From: an uncultured virus (IMG/VR IMGVR_UViG_3300044858_002168)
Lineage: Duplodnaviria; Heunggongvirae; Uroviricota; Caudoviricetes
IMG/VR virus record: IMGVR_UViG_3300044858_002168
Span: 1 to 64,000 of that record
Reading direction: 5' to 3' (one strand)
Length of the DNA stretch: 64,000 nucleotides
Positions 49,703-57,757 of the stretch are shown piece after piece. The notes under the pieces are model-generated. The model was given only the letters and a program-made list of their open reading frames with translations, ran no database searches and was not told the origin of the DNA. The translations under genes and the position numbers were made by a program. Numbering within the stretch: the stretch's first letter is position 1; each line of letters starts with the position of its first letter.

Positions 49703-50011
49703 TTAGGTGTGTTCAACTATTTCGATACCAGCCGATCTAATGGCACTACTACACACTACACACGGCCGAGCCGTGGCCGGGGAACCGTCTTCCAAAAACC
49801 GAAATATCTTCATACTATGCGCCTTGGCTAAGTCACGGCACAGTGAGATTGCATGAATCTCTGCATGAAGAAATACACGGTGGGGTTCCCCGGCCAGTTT
49901 AGCGTGGGCTGCTTGAAGTGGGTGAGTCTTGATGTAACTGTTCTTACCCACACTCATCACTCTACCACGCTTGTCATAAATTATTGCAGTGATGTTGTAT
50001 CGTTTCGTCAT
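49703..50011 (-). CDS. Zn-dependent cytidine/deoxycytidylate deaminase-family protein
   Basis: HAE...PCxxC motifs. Confidence 0.85.
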   Translation of the reverse strand: MTKRYNITAIIYDKRGRVMSVGKNSYIKTHPLQAAHAKLAGEPHRVFLHAEIHAISLCRDLAKAHSMKIFRFLEDGSPATARPCVVCSSAIRSAGIEIVEHT

Positions 50012-50227
50012 CTAATCATTATACGGCTTTGACTGTGACTTTTCAATATAAGTTTTTTCACAGTCTTCGGGTGGTTCTTGAAAGTACTCAGCCTTCATGA
50101 CCACACTCTTGGATTCTCGAGCATGTATAGCGCGCTCTGCCGCTTCACAGCTGGAGAGCGTGTCAAAAACACAACGCCCACGTTCACCGTACTTGTATTT
50201 CCCATTACTGCACTTGTAGCATGGCAT
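50012..50227 (-). CDS. Cys-containing hypothetical protein
   Basis: AGGAG RBS; MPCYKCSNGKYKYG. Confidence 0.65.
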   Translation of the reverse strand: MPCYKCSNGKYKYGERGRCVFDTLSSCEAAERAIHARESKSVVMKAEYFQEPPEDCEKTYIEKSQSKPYND

Positions 50228-50236
50228 TTTGTTCTC

Positions 50237-50617
50237 CTACAGTTGACTCTTATAAAAGTTGTGGACTGCTTGTTCACTATCCTGAACACCTAAGTGGGCG
50301 GCAAAAGCCTTCAAGAGGTCGCGTTCCTGATCCATATCAAAGATTGAATTGTGTAGGGCTAGGTACCCAGCCATCTGTGCCTGTGCATAGCTTTCAGGGC
50401 CGAAATGAAATACATCGTATAACACATACCGGTAGCTGCCATGTTCTTCAATCTCACCACGATGAATGCGACGCACGACCGCACAGAAGGCCTTCAACTG
50501 GTCGTCCTTACTCAGACTGTTCCAGTAGGCCTCCTGCTCGTGTTCAATAGCACTCATGGCTTGGTTAAATATGTCGCTGATTTCGTCCAATACTTTTCCT
50601 AATTCTTGCTGTTCCAC
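50237..50617 (-). CDS. Hypothetical protein
   Basis: GSYRYVLYDVFHFG...GYLALHN motif. Confidence 0.7.
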   Translation of the reverse strand: MEQQELGKVLDEISDIFNQAMSAIEHEQEAYWNSLSKDDQLKAFCAVVRRIHRGEIEEHGSYRYVLYDVFHFGPESYAQAQMAGYLALHNSIFDMDQERDLLKAFAAHLGVQDSEQAVHNFYKSQL

Positions 50618-50630
50618 GATTTTCCTTGTT

Positions 50631-50707
50631 TGGTAGGCTGTGTTGGGCTCGAACCAACGACTAACCGATTATGAGTCGGCTACTCTGACCAACTGAGTTA
50701 ACAGCCC
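50631..50707 (-). tRNA. tRNA-Ile2(CAT, lysidine-type)
   Basis: GCCGA-CTCATAA-TCGG arm resembles bacterial ileX tRNA. Confidence 0.8.
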
Positions 50708-50712
50708 AGTTC

Positions 50713-50815
50713 TGGTAGAAGGGGTGGGAATCGAACCCACATTACTCCGCCTTATCTAGACGGTGCTCTACGAGTGTATAAGGCTCGCCCTTAGGCCAAT
50801 ATTAGCAACCCTTCC
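50713..50815 (-). tRNA. Atypical 103-nt tRNA-like RNA (TAT anticodon, very long variable arm)
   Basis: GGAAGGG/CCCTTCT-ACCA, canonical T arm, loop CTTATAC. Confidence 0.75.
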
Positions 50816-50901
50816 ATAAGTTACCACACGTTAAAATGATCTTCTGCGTTACAGCGCAATCTCCCACTTGTACAGGGCGATACATTTGTGTGGTAACTTA
50901 T
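50816..50901 (-). ncRNA. Stem-enclosed small RNA cassette
   Basis: 14-bp inverted repeat ataagttaccacac / gtgtggtaacttat. Confidence 0.55.
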
Positions 50902-50902
50902 A

Positions 50903-51025
50903 GAGAGCAGAATACTACTACATGCTGGTTACACTGTCCAGTCAATACCGTTACGCTAGTGAGGCATCCTAGTCACCAATAGTAGCTTTATAGGTTCAGT
51001 GGATTGGTTACCACACTCTACTCAA
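50903..51025 (-). ncRNA. Candidate structured small RNA
   Basis: ORF-free; GAGTAGA...TCTGCTC ends; internal hairpins. Confidence 0.4.
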
Positions 51026-51028
51026 AAT

Positions 51029-51103
51029 TGGTTGCCAGTGCTTGAATCGAACAAGCAATAAGCGCTTATCAAGCGCCCGTTATAACCATTTAACTAACCG
51101 GCA
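51029..51103 (-). tRNA. tRNA-Ile(GAT)
   Basis: Loop TTGATAA, CCA. Confidence 0.9.
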
Positions 51104-51104
51104 A

Positions 51105-51179
51105 TGGCAGGGGATGATGGGTTCGAACCACCGAATGCCTGAATCAAAATCAAGTGCCTTACCGCTTGGCGAATCCCCT
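51105..51179 (-). tRNA. tRNA-Gln(TTG)
   Basis: Cloverleaf, G73. Confidence 0.92.
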
Positions 51180-51399
51180 ACAATACTCGTACACTATCTA
51201 CACGATTCCAACAAATCCACACTGAACTGTAGTCCAGTCGTAGGTTGGTGGAGTCCCGAACGCTGCAATACGGTCCGTTGAGTACCTTGAAGTCACGACC
51301 TGCCATCCATTCGTTCACAGCATCTTCTTTGGTTAGATAAACCCTGCCGTATGCAGGAATCAATTCTAGAGGACCACTAACTTGTGCAATTGCTTCCAT
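51178..51399 (-). CDS. Hypothetical protein, stop overlaps tRNA-Gln 5' end
   Basis: AAGGAAG RBS; PAYGR...GRDF...GPYCS motif. Confidence 0.7.
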   Translation of the reverse strand: MEAIAQVSGPLELIPAYGRVYLTKEDAVNEWMAGRDFKVLNGPYCSVRDSTNLRLDYSSVWICWNRVDSVRVL

Positions 51400-51418
51400 T
51401 TTTCTTCCTTGAAAGTAC

Positions 51419-51497
51419 TACCAAACATTATCACACCAGAAGAGGCGACCCTGTGGCCACAAGTTCCGGCTTATCTCTGGTGTGATAATGTTTGGTA
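51419..51497 (-). ncRNA. Stem-enclosed small RNA cassette
   Basis: 22-bp perfect inverted repeat taccaaacattatcacaccaga, starting at the tRNA-Lys CCA. Confidence 0.6.
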
Positions 51498-51568
51498 CGG
51501 GCGGCGGGGTTCGAACCCACGACCAACGGATTAAAAGTCCGCTGCTCTACCGGCTGAGCTACACCCGC
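51493..51568 (-). tRNA. tRNA-Lys(TTT)
   Basis: Cloverleaf, CCA. Confidence 0.95.
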
Positions 51569-51690
51569 GTAGAACTGCGGGCCTGAGCACGCAGTTGTTT
51601 GTTGGACTTGCAGTGCCGTCCAGCTTTACGAAAAAGAACAGCCGCTACAAATGGATTGCGCGGCTGTTTGTTTGGTATCTTGATCTTCAT
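51559..51690 (-). CDS. Small basic peptide (43 aa), stop inside tRNA-Lys
   Basis: GAGG RBS, own promoter (TTGATT-17-TATAAT, 51712-51740); MKIKIPNKQPRNPFVAAVLFRKAGRH. Confidence 0.7.
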   Translation of the reverse strand: MKIKIPNKQPRNPFVAAVLFRKAGRHCKSNKQLRAQARSSTRV

Positions 51691-51750
51691 GATTTCCTCA
51701 GCCAAAACATTATTATAGACTAAAGGATTATCAAAATCAAGATTAAATTT

Positions 51751-51824
51751 TGGTGGAGATAGGGAGAGTCGAACTCCCGTAAACAGCTTGCAAAGCTGCC
51801 GTAATACCATTATACTATATCCCC
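51751..51824 (-). tRNA. tRNA-Ala(TGC)
   Basis: G3:U70, CCA. Confidence 0.95.
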
Positions 51825-51825
51825 G

Positions 51826-51904
51826 TGGTCTGAGTGGCAGGATTCGAACCTGCGGCCTCTCACTTCCAAGGCGAGCCGTCTGACCTAGCTGACAATACAC
51901 TCAG
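51826..51904 (-). tRNA. tRNA-Pro(TGG)
   Basis: C1:G72, A73. Confidence 0.9.
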
Positions 51905-52131
51905 TAAATTCTTACTGCTTGGAAGCGTGGTTTGGAACCGTGTTCTGGATCTAGGTACTCGTCGTCCAATTCATGAGGTCCATAATACCAAGCAGCGTTT
52001 ACATCTTCTACAAATGTTCGTGGTTCAACGACCCCACTCACTGTATTGTACCCACCTTCGTATCCACTCAACACTACCACCATCTCAGGATCAAACTCCT
52101 GCAACCGTTGGACGAGATCAATCACTTTCAT
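51901..52131 (-). CDS. Hypothetical protein, stop inside tRNA-Pro
   Basis: GGAG RBS; GYEGG, WYYGPH motifs. Confidence 0.7.
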   Translation of the reverse strand: MKVIDLVQRLQEFDPEMVVVLSGYEGGYNTVSGVVEPRTFVEDVNAAWYYGPHELDDEYLDPEHGSKPRFQAVRIY

Positions 52132-52408
52132 TTAAGTACTCTCCACGAGCAGTTTGGACACCCATGTTGTCGTAGGCATCATGGTACTTCTTGACTTGAA
52201 CCTGTTCATGGCACAGGGCCTCAAAGTTTTCCCACAGCTTTTCAAACTTCAACTGGTACAATTCCTTCATGCCCAACAGTACATTGCTGATCTGGTCTTG
52301 ATTGATTTCACGCTCCAACACACCCTCACAAACTGTTTCCAAGTCTTCACAGACATTCCAGCAGTTCATGATTTCTTGTTCCATGTCAAAACGGTTAAAA
52401 GGCTTCAT
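52118..52408 (-). CDS. Hypothetical protein
   Basis: GAGG RBS; promoter TTGAAG-17-TAAAAT at 52432-52460. Confidence 0.7.
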   Translation of the reverse strand: MKPFNRFDMEQEIMNCWNVCEDLETVCEGVLEREINQDQISNVLLGMKELYQLKFEKLWENFEALCHEQVQVKKYHDAYDNMGVQTARGEYLNESD

Positions 52409-52471
52409 GTTTTCCTCACAATTAAAAGATTATTTTAGTCTAAAAGAACGCACACTTCAAGTGTAAAATTT

Positions 52472-52545
52472 TGGTTGCGTGGCCTCTGAATCGAACAGGT
52501 CCTGAGGGTTATGAGCCCTCCGTGCTTCCATCACACTCGCCCGCA
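52472..52545 (-). tRNA. tRNA-fMet-like(CAT)
   Basis: GAGGG-CTCATAA-CCCTC three-GC anticodon stem; irregular acceptor stem. Confidence 0.75.
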
Positions 52546-52551
52546 ACTGGT

Positions 52552-52923
52552 TTAGTAATAGTATTTATGTGGCTTGTGGCTCACACTGGGTTTGTCCAGC
52601 TCTTCCAGTTCTGGAACTGGTGTGTGAGCTGCTGTATGCTCCCACAAGTGGGCTGCTCGACGCTGTGGACGATTCATCATCATTCGGGTCCACCAACTTG
52701 GTGTGCTGCCCATCCAGTGCCAATTACAGTCCACTGTTTTGCGCTTTTTGGTTTTGTAGCCCGGTATTTCTTTGTACCAGTAACGTGTGTAGTCTACCCA
52801 CTCATCTGGGTCGTAGTAGGACCGCCTCTGACTACTATAAGGAATCTTTTCAGTTCCAAACTCCCAAGTATAGTTTTCAGGAAAACGCACTTTGGCTGGG
52901 CGATCTTTGTAGGTTCTGCTCAT
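52552..52923 (-). CDS. Basic hypothetical protein
   Basis: AGGAG RBS; MSRTYK...TPSWW. Confidence 0.7.
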   Translation of the reverse strand: MSRTYKDRPAKVRFPENYTWEFGTEKIPYSSQRRSYYDPDEWVDYTRYWYKEIPGYKTKKRKTVDCNWHWMGSTPSWWTRMMMNRPQRRAAHLWEHTAAHTPVPELEELDKPSVSHKPHKYYY

Positions 52924-53020
52924 TTTTTATTCTCCTACCTTGGTTTAAGATATGACATACCCTAAAACAAAGTAACAGGCTCGAGGTATCGGCCTGTTGC
53001 GTCTAACCAGGCCTCAGCCC

Positions 53021-53191
53021 TTAGACTTTGCGTTGATCAGTCGCCTCTTTGATCTGTTCAAACAGTTCATGAACGTGGTTCTGTAACTGAGTTCTGCTTT
53101 CCATTAGTGTATCGTAAGTCATAGCGCTCAATTGGCTTGCTGCCGCAGCCATGTTATCTGCGAGTGCTAGTACTTCTTTTTCTGTTATCAT
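53021..53191 (-). CDS. Small hypothetical protein (56 aa, not in track)
   Basis: MITEKEVLALADNMAAAASQ...; GGA RBS. Confidence 0.55.
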   Translation of the reverse strand: MITEKEVLALADNMAAAASQLSAMTYDTLMESRTQLQNHVHELFEQIKEATDQRKV

Positions 53192-53200
53192 TTTCCGTCC

Positions 53201-53824
53201 CTATTCATAGTGTGCAACAATATTCCAGCCGTCTGTTCTAAACAATACTGTAATGCTTTCATAGGCATTTTCTAGTACCACAGACGACTTGCCGTCTATT
53301 AACTTTCCATTACCTTTGAGTGTTACTTTTCTATTTCCTACAGGTGGCTCCATTTCTAGTTTGATAACGTATATCTTTCCTTCAAGCGGGACAGGTGGTA
53401 AAAAGACATTCAGTGGCTTTGTGGCCTTTACACCTATATAGTAATCGGTGTCTGTAACAGAGTAGTCTTTTTCTATTAGTATGTTGTCACTGCAATTTAT
53501 ACAAGACTCTGAGGGGCTTGAAGGTCCTGGCGGGCCTTGAGGACCTGTTGGACCTGCTTCACCCTGCGGACCTGGATCGCCTTGCGGACCTGTTGGACCT
53601 GCTTCACCCTGCGGACCTGTTGGACCTGGATCGCCTTGCGGACCTGTTGGACCTGCTTCACCCTGCGGACCTGTTGGACCTGCTTCACCCTGCGGACCCT
53701 GCGGACCAGGCGGTCCAGGAGGGCTAGGCGGATCATAGTTTATCACTACTGGATCGCTAAAGTTTGGCATTCCAACAGGAACAAATGGTACATGGGGCCA
53801 GAATAAAAATTGTTGTTGGTTCAA
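53201..53824 (-). CDS. Collagen-like (Gly-X-Y) protein
   Basis: About 21 GPQ/GEA/GPT triplets encoded by 27-bp DNA repeats (about 53520-53720). Confidence 0.85.
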   Translation of the reverse strand: MNQQQFLFWPHVPFVPVGMPNFSDPVVINYDPPSPPGPPGPQGPQGEAGPTGPQGEAGPTGPQGDPGPTGPQGEAGPTGPQGDPGPQGEAGPTGPQGPPGPSSPSESCINCSDNILIEKDYSVTDTDYYIGVKATKPLNVFLPPVPLEGKIYVIKLEMEPPVGNRKVTLKGNGKLIDGKSSVVLENAYESITVLFRTDGWNIVAHYE

Positions 53825-53878
53825 GACAATCTCCCCAAACCCGGCCCTTGTGGGACCGGGTTTAACAAAAGTCAGAGA

Positions 53879-54646
53879 TTATCGGATGCTTGTGTTTGTA
53901 TTGCTTGGGTTAGCGGTCAGTGTGCCGCTTCCAACGTTGATTGCGCCGTTAGTGATGTTTTGGCCTAGAGCATAGATCAAGTGCGCTAGTTGGCTGTACT
54001 GAGCTTGCTGTTGAGCTTGCTGCTGCATCTGGTTAACAGTGGTTGTTGTGTTGACTTCTACACCACGTGTACGCTCTGCGGTATCAAAACGAGACTGCAG
54101 TGCAATAATGTTTGCGTTGGCATCGCTCAGCTGACGATTCAGCGTGGCTTCGTATTGACTAGTGATCAGTGCACGAGTCTTGTCACCATCATTGTTAATG
54201 TCTTGTGCCAGCTGGTAACGATTCTCCATTACTTGTTGCTGTACACCGTTCAATTGCTGTGAAAGCAGCATAGCGGTCGCATTGACTGCTTCTTTGGTAC
54301 CGTCAACGCGAGTTGCCAGTGAACCTGTTTGTGCATTCAATTGATTTGTAAAAGCAATGGTTTGATTGGCTTGTGACGCTTCCATGGCTGCTGTACTAAC
54401 AGCTACTGCCTTGTCAACAGCACCAATGCTCTGCATTAGGCTCATGTTGGCTTGAACTTGCTCTGGAGGTGAGCGTAACACTGCTCCACCTGCACCATCG
54501 CCGTTCCCGCCGAAAAGGTTACCGTTGTTGCGGAGCAGGCTGCCTAGGATCAGACCGCCAATCAATCCGCCACCGCCGCCACCGCCAAATAGGCCGTCGC
54601 CGCCACCGCTCATCATCATACCGCTTGGATTTAGAATTTCTGCCAT
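53879..54646 (-). CDS. Gly-rich/Gln-rich coiled-coil protein
   Basis: 255-aa ORF, AGGGG RBS, followed by a hairpin. Confidence 0.75.
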   Translation of the reverse strand: MAEILNPSGMMMSGGGDGLFGGGGGGGLIGGLILGSLLRNNGNLFGGNGDGAGGAVLRSPPEQVQANMSLMQSIGAVDKAVAVSTAAMEASQANQTIAFTNQLNAQTGSLATRVDGTKEAVNATAMLLSQQLNGVQQQVMENRYQLAQDINNDGDKTRALITSQYEATLNRQLSDANANIIALQSRFDTAERTRGVEVNTTTTVNQMQQQAQQQAQYSQLAHLIYALGQNITNGAINVGSGTLTANPSNTNTSIR

Positions 54647-54724
54647 TGTATTCCCCTTTTTTATTATTTTAAGTGGGTTAATAAACAGCAGTTAAGGCCG
54701 GCAAGCCCTAGCTGCCGACCAGGA

Positions 54725-54922
54725 TCAAGCGACCGTGGGTTTCTTTGTTATGTGTTCAAATTCCTCGATTGTGAGTGGATCTGTGTCCTTGCTCATCCAG
54801 GCCAAGTTATTGACCAACCAATCAAAATCAGTTGCTGTAATTTTAGGGTCTTTGACAAACTCAAACAGCTTTTTCATCAATTGTGGAGTGAGTTCAATCT
54901 CCATTCGCTTGTACTTGCTCAT
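54725..54922 (-). CDS. Small hypothetical protein
   Basis: Paralog of 54919..55101. Confidence 0.65.
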   Translation of the reverse strand: MSKYKRMEIELTPQLMKKLFEFVKDPKITATDFDWLVNNLAWMSKDTDPLTIEEFEHITKKPTVA

Positions 54923-55101
54923 GACAACCCCACCAATTGGTCATAGTCTTTCATGCTCAGGTAACTGGTTGGGTCACTGTGTTTTACTAAGTTCTCTGTT
55001 AAAAAATGCAGGTCAAGGTCCGTATTAGCGTCTTCCCGTGCAAATTCTAACAGCCTTAGCATAAGCGGCACGTTTAGCCGCAATACTAATTCGTCTGACA
55101 T
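54919..55101 (-). CDS. Small hypothetical protein
   Basis: VPLMLRLLEFAREDA..DLDLH motif; AAGGA RBS. Confidence 0.7.
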   Translation of the reverse strand: MSDELVLRLNVPLMLRLLEFAREDANTDLDLHFLTENLVKHSDPTSYLSMKDYDQLVGLS

Positions 55102-55157
55102 AAGATTTCCTTTGTTTTTATTATTATACCAATCCTATGGTTTGGTTCTGGTCTTCA

Positions 55158-55250
55158 ACCATATTGAAACACACTCTTGGCTGTCTAAACACGCGGTTGA
55201 TCAGTCCGCTCACCTTTGCCCTATTGTGGGAGAATGTGTTTTAATATGGT
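55158..55250 (-). ncRNA. Stem-enclosed small RNA cassette
   Basis: accatattgaaacacactct / agaatgtgttttaatatggt, starting at the tRNA-Leu CCA. Confidence 0.65.
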
Positions 55251-55323
55251 GCCCCAGAGGAGACTCGAACTCCTAAAATTTGGTTTCTAAGACCAACACG
55301 TATGCCAATTCCGTCACCGGGGC
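55247..55323 (-). tRNA. tRNA-Leu(TAG), short variable loop
   Basis: Leu-type D arm and A73 but only 77 nt. Confidence 0.9.
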
Positions 55324-55326
55324 GAT

Positions 55327-55416
55327 TGGTGGGTTCTGATGGTAACGCTCCACCTGTCCAACTTCCACTCGGTTTAGGGACACCGGATTTACAGTCCGGG
55401 GAGTGGGGCAGAACCC
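55327..55416 (-). tRNA. D-armless tRNA-Tyr(GTA)-like RNA
   Basis: GGGTTCT/AGAACCC-ACCA, CCGGA-CTGTAAA-TCCGG; no D hairpin; non-canonical T loop. Confidence 0.75.
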
Positions 55417-55613
55417 TAGATTGATTGTTTGTAAGTCTTGATTGCGTCGGCATCTAGGCTACAGTAGACCCGGAACTTGTCACGACCAACCTCGTCGTAG
55501 AAGCGATTGGCCATGGACTCTAATTCTACAAGCTGTTCGATGGTGATCAGAGAACAGGCCAAAAACCTGCTCATGAATGCGTCAACTAGAAAGTCTTTGG
55601 TATAAGCAGCCAT
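55416..55613 (-). CDS. Hypothetical protein, stop overlaps the Tyr-like tRNA
   Basis: 65-aa ORF; the G of TAG is tRNA +1. Confidence 0.65.
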   Translation of the reverse strand: MAAYTKDFLVDAFMSRFLACSLITIEQLVELESMANRFYDEVGRDKFRVYCSLDADAIKTYKQSI

Positions 55614-55813
55614 TAACTCAGTACCTCATAGTCGTTGATGTTACCATGTTGGAACGTGTTCCACGGCTCTGCATCAATGCTCTGGGCAGTATAGCCTTCT
55701 ACATCTGTTATATAGGCACCCAGTTTTTTAGCAGCCCTGTACTCACTAGGAGCCCACACACAGTAGGCAGTCCAGTCACCTATTTCATCATAAACCCTGC
55801 AATACCAATGCAC
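55613..55813 (-). CDS. Hypothetical protein
   Basis: GGAG RBS, GTG start. Confidence 0.6.
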   Translation of the reverse strand: MHWYCRVYDEIGDWTAYCVWAPSEYRAAKKLGAYITDVEGYTAQSIDAEPWNTFQHGNINDYEVLS

Positions 55814-55827
55814 TTGTTACTCCGTTA

Positions 55828-55902
55828 TGGTCGAGCCACCAGGAATCGAACCTGGATTGACGGCTTAGAAGGCCGTTGTTCTGTCCGTTGAACTATGGCC
55901 CG
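55828..55902 (-). tRNA. tRNA-Arg(TCT)
   Basis: Cloverleaf, CCA. Confidence 0.93.
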
Positions 55903-55922
55903 AAAGATATATTATGGCACTT

Positions 55923-56912
55923 TCAGTGACCAACTTCAAGACAGAATTTATCGGCTGCCAAGTTCTTCATCTTCGACTCCAGCATGATATCATGCGTGTT
56001 GGAGAAACTGTAGGCCCAGCAGTTACTAGCCGTATTCCAGTAGTAATCACTGTGAGCACGCAGTTGGGTTTTTGTGTATCCCAAATACAACAGCTCTACC
56101 AAGTCTGGTAACAGGTCTGGGTCCCAGCCGTCTAACACTTCTTCTCGACTGAGTGAGTAGTGGATTACAGGACGCACGCCGCGCCAGCTTTCCATCATCC
56201 TTAAGACTCGACTATCACTTGGTTGGATATACTCACCAGTTCTAATTAGGTGATGGTGAATGTCCAACACAAGAGCGCAATCGTTGACCAGTTCCAGACT
56301 GGCGTCCACTCCCCACTTGAACTCGTCGTTTTCTACAGTGATAACATTTCGTGCTTCACGGCTCAACTTCTTCAACGCAGCTTTAAAGCCAGTTGGGCCA
56401 GCCTTGCCGCCAATGTGGATGTTGCATTTAAAGTCTTGGAAAACTTTGCCGTACCCCATGTAACGGATCAAGTCTACGTGATACTCGAATTCCTGGATAG
56501 AGTTCTCCACAACTTGTGGATTCTCAGATCCCAACACACAAAACTGGCCTGGATGAAAACTCAGTCTTACGTCCAATTCTCGAGCACGATTGCCTACCTT
56601 CATCAATTCACGTTCTAGGAAGGTCACTGTGTCGTGTTCCCAGTAGAACCAGCTCCAGTCGTCGTGAGTATATGCGGGTAACACATCGCTGCTTATACGC
56701 AGCATACGCCGACCAGGTGGCAGGGCTCCCACATGGTTTACCTGACTCATTAAAGCCACTACGTTGTGCTTCATCAAGTCTGTCAACTTTTCAACAGCCC
56801 TTTGACGGGTGGCTGAATTCAACCACGTAATAGTGGTGGTCTTGATGTTGGGGACACTTAGTTCTTCGAACTTGCAGGCAAAGCCGACTCTGTTGATTTG
56901 TTGATTAAACAT
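55923..56912 (-). CDS. uvsE: UV damage endonuclease
   Basis: GFAC, RISSD, RLSFHPGQF, VEND, VLDIHHH, RAHSD, DIMLESKMK; promoter at 56935-56963. Confidence 0.92.
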   Translation of the reverse strand: MFNQQINRVGFACKFEELSVPNIKTTTITWLNSATRQRAVEKLTDLMKHNVVALMSQVNHVGALPPGRRMLRISSDVLPAYTHDDWSWFYWEHDTVTFLERELMKVGNRARELDVRLSFHPGQFCVLGSENPQVVENSIQEFEYHVDLIRYMGYGKVFQDFKCNIHIGGKAGPTGFKAALKKLSREARNVITVENDEFKWGVDASLELVNDCALVLDIHHHLIRTGEYIQPSDSRVLRMMESWRGVRPVIHYSLSREEVLDGWDPDLLPDLVELLYLGYTKTQLRAHSDYYWNTASNCWAYSFSNTHDIMLESKMKNLAADKFCLEVGH

Positions 56913-56964
56913 AGTTGTAGTTGATTAAAACACTATTTTATATCAAATGACTATAACAATCAAG

Positions 56965-57561
56965 TCAGGGATTTACAAGGTAAAAGGCTTTGCTAAAGCC
57001 CAATGGTGTCATACTTCGTAGTTCTTTTGTTTTTTCACTCTTGCCGCCCAGCCTCATAATGGGACTATTGCCCAATGAGGGCTCAACAGGCTTTTTCTCT
57101 GGGGTATTGAAGGTTCCCCACAGTCCGGTACGCTTGTTGTAGGCCTCGGTTGATGGATCGGATAGATAGCCAGCAAACTCGCAGGGATTGAAATACCATG
57201 GTGTTCCCAGTTCTGGGAACAATTTGTTCAACCGGCCCACAGGGTTTTCAATTGCCCAAACACGCGGTTTGTAGTAGTGGATCAATTCTAGGGTCTTGGA
57301 CACCAGGTCCATGCTAGCCTCAGTGCGACCATCGTTGTCTTTGGTCTTCCAGTACTGAGCACCGCTTGAGGCAAAGTCAGTACAGGGTGGAGCTGCGAGT
57401 ATGATTCCTATCTCTGAGGCCGGAATGTCGTCTGGTGTTAGGTCCAGTATGTCCACACCAAGTTTGACGTCTACTTGGTAGACTTCGTAGCCGCTTTCAC
57501 GGTAGGGACTACTCCATCGGCCGCTAAAGTCAAACAATGACAGTACTGTTTTACATTCCAT
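56965..57561 (-). CDS. C5 cytosine DNA methyltransferase-like protein
   Basis: LSLFDFSG, PPCTDF, ENPVG. Confidence 0.8.
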   Translation of the reverse strand: MECKTVLSLFDFSGRWSSPYRESGYEVYQVDVKLGVDILDLTPDDIPASEIGIILAAPPCTDFASSGAQYWKTKDNDGRTEASMDLVSKTLELIHYYKPRVWAIENPVGRLNKLFPELGTPWYFNPCEFAGYLSDPSTEAYNKRTGLWGTFNTPEKKPVEPSLGNSPIMRLGGKSEKTKELRSMTPLGFSKAFYLVNP

Positions 57562-57757
57562 AAAATCGATTACATACTTTGCAAATTGGGTTGCCGTCCA
57601 AGTCTGGGATCAATTCTGTACTACGAAACCAGATACTACAATTGCTGCAGGTTTCGATGGTGGGAATGTCTGCTTCTTCCACTGGGATGTTGAACTCCAA
57701 ACACGCTTCCAATAAACTCTTCTTTTTACGGTACAGGGACTTCTCTAGTTCATTCAT
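57551..57757 (-). CDS. Zinc-finger protein
   Basis: CSNC...CKVC. Confidence 0.65.
   Translation of the reverse strand: MNELEKSLYRKKKSLLEACLEFNIPVEEADIPTIETCSNCSIWFRSTELIPDLDGNPICKVCNRFYGM

Noticed and set aside
53021..53045. GACTGATCAAC shared with the 55158 cassette
   Set aside because: This copy lies within a plausible 56-aa ORF; an 11-nt match is compatible with chance.
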